DNA of 64,000 bases, from NCBI GenBank assembly GCA_040751795.1, contig JBFMHR010000002.1, positions 32,001 through 96,000 on the forward strand, in the 5' to 3' direction. A model generated the notes under the pieces. The model was not told the origin of the DNA, ran no database searches, and saw only the letters and a program-made list of their open reading frames with translations. The translations under genes were made by a program, and so were the position numbers. The DNA is from Thermoplasmatota archaeon (GTDB lineage Archaea > Thermoplasmatota > Thermoplasmata > UBA10834). The number at the start of each line of letters is the position of its first letter. The stretch's first letter is position 1. Of this stretch, positions 60,209 through 64,000 are shown one piece after another.

Positions 60209-60211
60209 GCT

Positions 60212-60655
60212 TCACCTGTGGACCGGTGGGGGTTCGTTCAGGACGAGCCAGTACAGTCCGAGCTTCTGGGCGGCGTCCGTGAACTGCTCGAAGTCCACCG
60301 GCTTCCGGACATAGCTGTTCGCGCCCAGGCTGTATCCGGTGACGAGGTCCTGCTGCTCCTTCGAGGACGTGAGGATCACGACCGGGAGCATCTTCGTCCG
60401 CTCCTCCGCCCTGATCCTGCGGAGCACCTCGAACCCATCGATCTTGGGGAGCTTCAGGTCCAGGAGAACCACCGCGGGGTTCTCGTGCTCCCTGTCCGCG
60501 AACGCGCCCCTGCAGAACAGGTAGTCCAACGCCTCCTCGCCGTCCCGGACCACCGCCACTTCGTTCAGGATGCGGTTCTTCCTGAACGCCCTGAGCGTGA
60601 GCTCAACGTCGTCCGGGTTGTCCTCCACCAGCAGAATCCTTGCCTCGCCCATCAT
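60212..60655 (-). CDS. Single-domain response regulator (Rcp1-like)
   Basis: LLVEDNPDD, LLDLKLP, LTSS, GANSYVRKP. Confidence 0.93.
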   Translation of the reverse strand: MMGEARILLVEDNPDDVELTLRAFRKNRILNEVAVVRDGEEALDYLFCRGAFADREHENPAVVLLDLKLPKIDGFEVLRRIRAEERTKMLPVVILTSSKEQQDLVTGYSLGANSYVRKPVDFEQFTDAAQKLGLYWLVLNEPPPVHR

Positions 60656-60696
60656 CCATCACTCTCCTCCCGATGCTTGTCTGTGTGCCGTCTGAA

Positions 60697-62517
60697 TCAC
60701 TTCCTTCCAGATAGCGTGAATCGGAAGACTGCGCCTTCGCCCGCGACACCTTCCGCCCATATCCTGCCCCCGTGTCTGGCCAATATCCTCTGCGCGGTGG
60801 CGAGCCCGATGCCGGTCCCAGGGAAGTCCTCCGTGGAGTGGAGCCTCTGGAACGGCAGGAACAGCTTCTCGGAGTAGGCCATGTCGAACCCCGCGCCGTT
60901 GTCACGCACATAGAAGACGTCCTCGTCCCCCTCCGGCTCCGTTCCGAACTGGATCTTCGCCGATGGCTTCTTCGAGGTGAACTTCCAGGCGTTGCCGATG
61001 AGGTTGTCCAAGGCTATCCGGATCAGCCTCGGGTCCGCGTGCGCGTGCAGGCCGTCCTCGATCTCGAAGAGGACTTCCCTGTCCGGGTTCGTCCTCTTCA
61101 GGTCCGAGGCCACAGAGCGGGCGATCGCACTGAGGCTGATGTCCTCGCACTTCATCTCGGACCTGGCAACCCGGGAAAGTATCAGTATGTCATCTATCAG
61201 GACCCCCATCCGCTGGCACGCCCCCCTTATCCTCGTCAGGTAGTCCTTCGCGGCGGGGTCCAGCTTGTCTCCGTAGTCCTCGAGGACGGCGAGGCTGAAC
61301 CCGTCCGCGACGCGGAGGGGGGCGCGCAGGTCGTGAGACACCGAGTAGCTGAACGAGTCTAGCTCCTGGTTCGTCCTGACGAGCTCCCGGTTGGCCTCTC
61401 TGAGGGCCGCCTCATCCTCAATCTGACGAGTCACATCCCTGGCGATGGCAAGCACGACGCCCTCTTCGACTATCGGGTAGGAGCTCCACGACAGCCATTT
61501 GTAGGAGCCGTCGGCGCAGCGATACCGGTTGACAAACCCTGTCACCGGCAGCCCCTTGGCGAGGTCGCTGGCAGCAGCCATCGTGCGCTCCCGGTCGTCT
61601 GGGTGGACATACTCGATGTACGGCCTTGCGGACAGGTCCTTGTCGTTCCATCCGAGCGACCTGTTCCATGCGGGGTTCAGCTGCTTGAAGTAGCCGTCGA
61701 ACCCGGCGAAGCAGATCATGTCTATCGACAGGTTGAAGAGGCGGTTGCGTTGCTCCTCCGCTCGCCTCCTGAGCGATGTATCGTGCGCGGTGGACGAGGC
61801 GCCCGTGACCCTCCCCGCCCGGTCGACTATCGGGGAGACGGTGATCGACACATGGATGCTTCCGCCGTTCTTCGCGGTCCTCACGGTCTCGAAGTTGTCC
61901 ACGCGCTCCCCGTCCCTTATCCTCTCCAGGATGAGGGACAGTTCCTTCCTCCTCTCGGCGGGGATGATTGCCTCGATGGAACGTCCGACCATCTCGCTCG
62001 CAGTGTAGCCGTAGAGCCGCTCCGCGCTCTTGTTCCAGCTCGTCACGATGCCGTCCAGCGACTTGCCTATGATGGCATCGCTGGACCAGCTCACGATCGA
62101 CGCGAGCCTGTCTCCCTGCTCCGCGGTCCTCAGCTGATACACGGCCACGAGGGCGATCGCCCATACCGCGACAAGGGCCATCACGTGGTTCGCGATCGCG
62201 ATATCGATGTCTGTCGAGGGATGCGTCGCTGCGGCTACGGCGATGAGGGGGGAGGATATCACCGCGAGCACCAGGGGCACGTTCTGTCTGTTGCTGAAGA
62301 CGCTCAGGCCCACGGGCAGGACATAGAGAATGCTGACGGTCGCCTCGAAGTCCACGAGGCTGTCCGCCAGGAAGACGACCCCGAGGATGATGAGCGCGCC
62401 CCCCGTCACAGCTGCCTGCTTCCTCCGCAACTCCCGACGGCTTGCGGGGTCGTCTGAAAGGACCTCTTCTGCGTGCGAGGATTCTTGCGCGGACCTATCC
62501 TCCAAGCCCGAACTCAT
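60697..62517 (-). CDS. Membrane sensor histidine kinase with two PAS domains
   Basis: N-terminal TMs, 2 PAS, SVSHDLRAPL, NAWKFT, DNGAGF, GTGIGL. Confidence 0.93.
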   Translation of the reverse strand: MSSGLEDRSAQESSHAEEVLSDDPASRRELRRKQAAVTGGALIILGVVFLADSLVDFEATVSILYVLPVGLSVFSNRQNVPLVLAVISSPLIAVAAATHPSTDIDIAIANHVMALVAVWAIALVAVYQLRTAEQGDRLASIVSWSSDAIIGKSLDGIVTSWNKSAERLYGYTASEMVGRSIEAIIPAERRKELSLILERIRDGERVDNFETVRTAKNGGSIHVSITVSPIVDRAGRVTGASSTAHDTSLRRRAEEQRNRLFNLSIDMICFAGFDGYFKQLNPAWNRSLGWNDKDLSARPYIEYVHPDDRERTMAAASDLAKGLPVTGFVNRYRCADGSYKWLSWSSYPIVEEGVVLAIARDVTRQIEDEAALREANRELVRTNQELDSFSYSVSHDLRAPLRVADGFSLAVLEDYGDKLDPAAKDYLTRIRGACQRMGVLIDDILILSRVARSEMKCEDISLSAIARSVASDLKRTNPDREVLFEIEDGLHAHADPRLIRIALDNLIGNAWKFTSKKPSAKIQFGTEPEGDEDVFYVRDNGAGFDMAYSEKLFLPFQRLHSTEDFPGTGIGLATAQRILARHGGRIWAEGVAGEGAVFRFTLSGRK

Positions 62518-62963
62518 GTCATTCCACCGCGAGTTCGGAGACCTGAGCGTCACCGGCGAAGTGCTCCCTAGGTAGGGCGGGGGTATTGGCTATCTCAGGA
62601 CTCCTCCAGATCCGTCCTGGTGGGTCGCGTGCGCGATCCCAACGCTCTCCTGTGAACGTTGTCATCGGCCTGTGCATCTTTATACATTGTGGTGCGCAGC
62701 ATCATGACGTGCCCCTGGTCTTCCGTCACCGACGAGTCCCGTTCCACCCCCCTCGCGTGCCCTCCCCCGCTCGTTCGAGCCGGGTTCTCACCCGGCCCCC
62801 TCTCCATCGCTGGGAGGGCCGCCCCGCCTCTCCCCGTCCGCCATGTTCCCTGTGATTCAAATGGGCGCTCTCTGCCCATGGACCGCACATGCGCGGAGAC
62901 ATGCAATCCGTGCCAGGCGGAGCGCGATCGCCGTCCCATGCCGCCCGCGTCCCCCGGACCGGT

Positions 62964-63338
62964 TCAGTCCGCCTGCCCCTTCGCGAGGTTCTGGACCGCC
63001 GCGAGCAGTTCGGCTATCCCGAAGGGCTTCGGGAGGAACCCTGCCGCGCCAGCGGCGATCGCCGCATTCCTCGCAGCCGTGTCGGCGCTGACGAACAGCA
63101 CGCGCACGGACGGCGCGGCCCTGATGATCTCCGCCATGACATCGATGCCGTTCATGACCGGCAGCCAGTAGTCCATGATGACCACGTCGGGGGGCGGCGA
63201 GATCTCCTTGAACCTGCTCAGCGCGTCCCCGCCGTCGTACACGTATCCCGCTATCTCAACCCCGCCCATCTCGAGCACGGCCTTCAGCGCCCCGACTATC
63301 GCCGGGTCGTCGTCCACGATGAACACCCTCGTCGCCAT
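62964..63338 (-). CDS. Single-domain response regulator
   Basis: IVDDD, IMDYWLPVMNG, FVSA, KPF. Confidence 0.9.
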   Translation of the reverse strand: MATRVFIVDDDPAIVGALKAVLEMGGVEIAGYVYDGGDALSRFKEISPPPDVVIMDYWLPVMNGIDVMAEIIRAAPSVRVLFVSADTAARNAAIAAGAAGFLPKPFGIAELLAAVQNLAKGQAD

Positions 63339-63339
63339 T

Positions 63340-64000
63340 TCAGACACCTCCCGTCGTCGCGAATGTATCGACCGCGGGCAGCTCTATGGTGACCACCCGG
63401 CTCGGTACCCCGTTGTCGCCCTGGGAGTTCTCTATGCCCAGCTCCCCCCCGAAGTGGCTCACTATCGAGGAGTAGAACGCATAGCTGGACGCGATCCCTC
63501 TGCCGAACCCACGCTTCGGGTCGTAGATCATCTTAGCCTCCGCCAGGGTCTCCTGGGGGAAGGTGCTCCCCGCCGTCGTGATGCTCATCTGCCACCTGCC
63601 CCTGCCCCGCTGGTCCCTCGCCTTGCGGATGGCGATCGACAGCCTGACCGAGTCCCCCGGGGAGTCGTCGACGGCGTCCTTCAGTATCAAGTATATGACA
63701 TTCTCGATGTGCTCGCCCCCGGGGACTATCGCCACGGCTCCGGACGGAATCGACTTGGTCATCGATATCGTCTTCTTGCCGCGGGCGGACTGGACGAAGT
63801 CCTCCATCGCCTGGAGAGCCATCACCAGGTCCAGGGCCACGAACGATTCCTTGGGGACCGCCTCCGCGGCCGCCAGCCTCCTGAGGTTGGACACGAAGAC
63901 CCCGCCCTTGCGCGCCTGTCTGTGGATGATCTCGAGGCTCCTCCTCTGCTTGGGCGTGAGGTTCTCGTCCATCATGAGCATCTCGGAGTACGAGACTATG
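63340..64000 (-). CDS. C-terminal part of a degenerate histidine kinase-like protein, cut by the window edge
   Basis: Colinear with the kinase domain of 58661-60208 but N and G1 boxes are eroded. Confidence 0.65.
   Translation of the reverse strand, partial: IVSYSEMLMMDENLTPKQRRSLEIIHRQARKGGVFVSNLRRLAAAEAVPKESFVALDLVMALQAMEDFVQSARGKKTISMTKSIPSGAVAIVPGGEHIENVIYLILKDAVDDSPGDSVRLSIAIRKARDQRGRGRWQMSITTAGSTFPQETLAEAKMIYDPKRGFGRGIASSYAFYSSIVSHFGGELGIENSQGDNGVPSRVVTIELPAVDTFATTGGV

Overview
GC-rich archaeal DNA, most consistent with a Thermoplasmata-type euryarchaeon. The evidence is PolD large subunit, the rps13-rps4-rps11-rpoD operon, type II Map, and a stand-alone 23S rRNA gene with a bulge-helix-bulge processing stem. 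Bases 1-42 kb are mostly core genes (hutU, NOG1 GTPase, DP2, NikR-controlled ECF Ni/Co transporter, alaS, sucCD, tsaC, map). Bases 42-64 kb are an accessory region starting at tRNA-Leu(CAA), holding a bacterial-type NAD salvage operon, flavodoxin/membrane genes and a two-component cluster. Most notable observations: (1) a membrane-anchored longin-like protein next to a Rab-like GTPase; (2) a group I intron with a LAGLIDADG gene at 23S position L1931; (3) two integrase-less cassettes downstream of tRNA-Leu, each closed by a shared ~65-70 bp att-like element; (4) a six-gene NAD salvage operon with tandem NrtR boxes; (5) apparent ACG initiation in map, pncB and possibly DP2; (6) an SPFH/zinc-ribbon operon. 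All calls come from reading motifs by eye; no database search was run.
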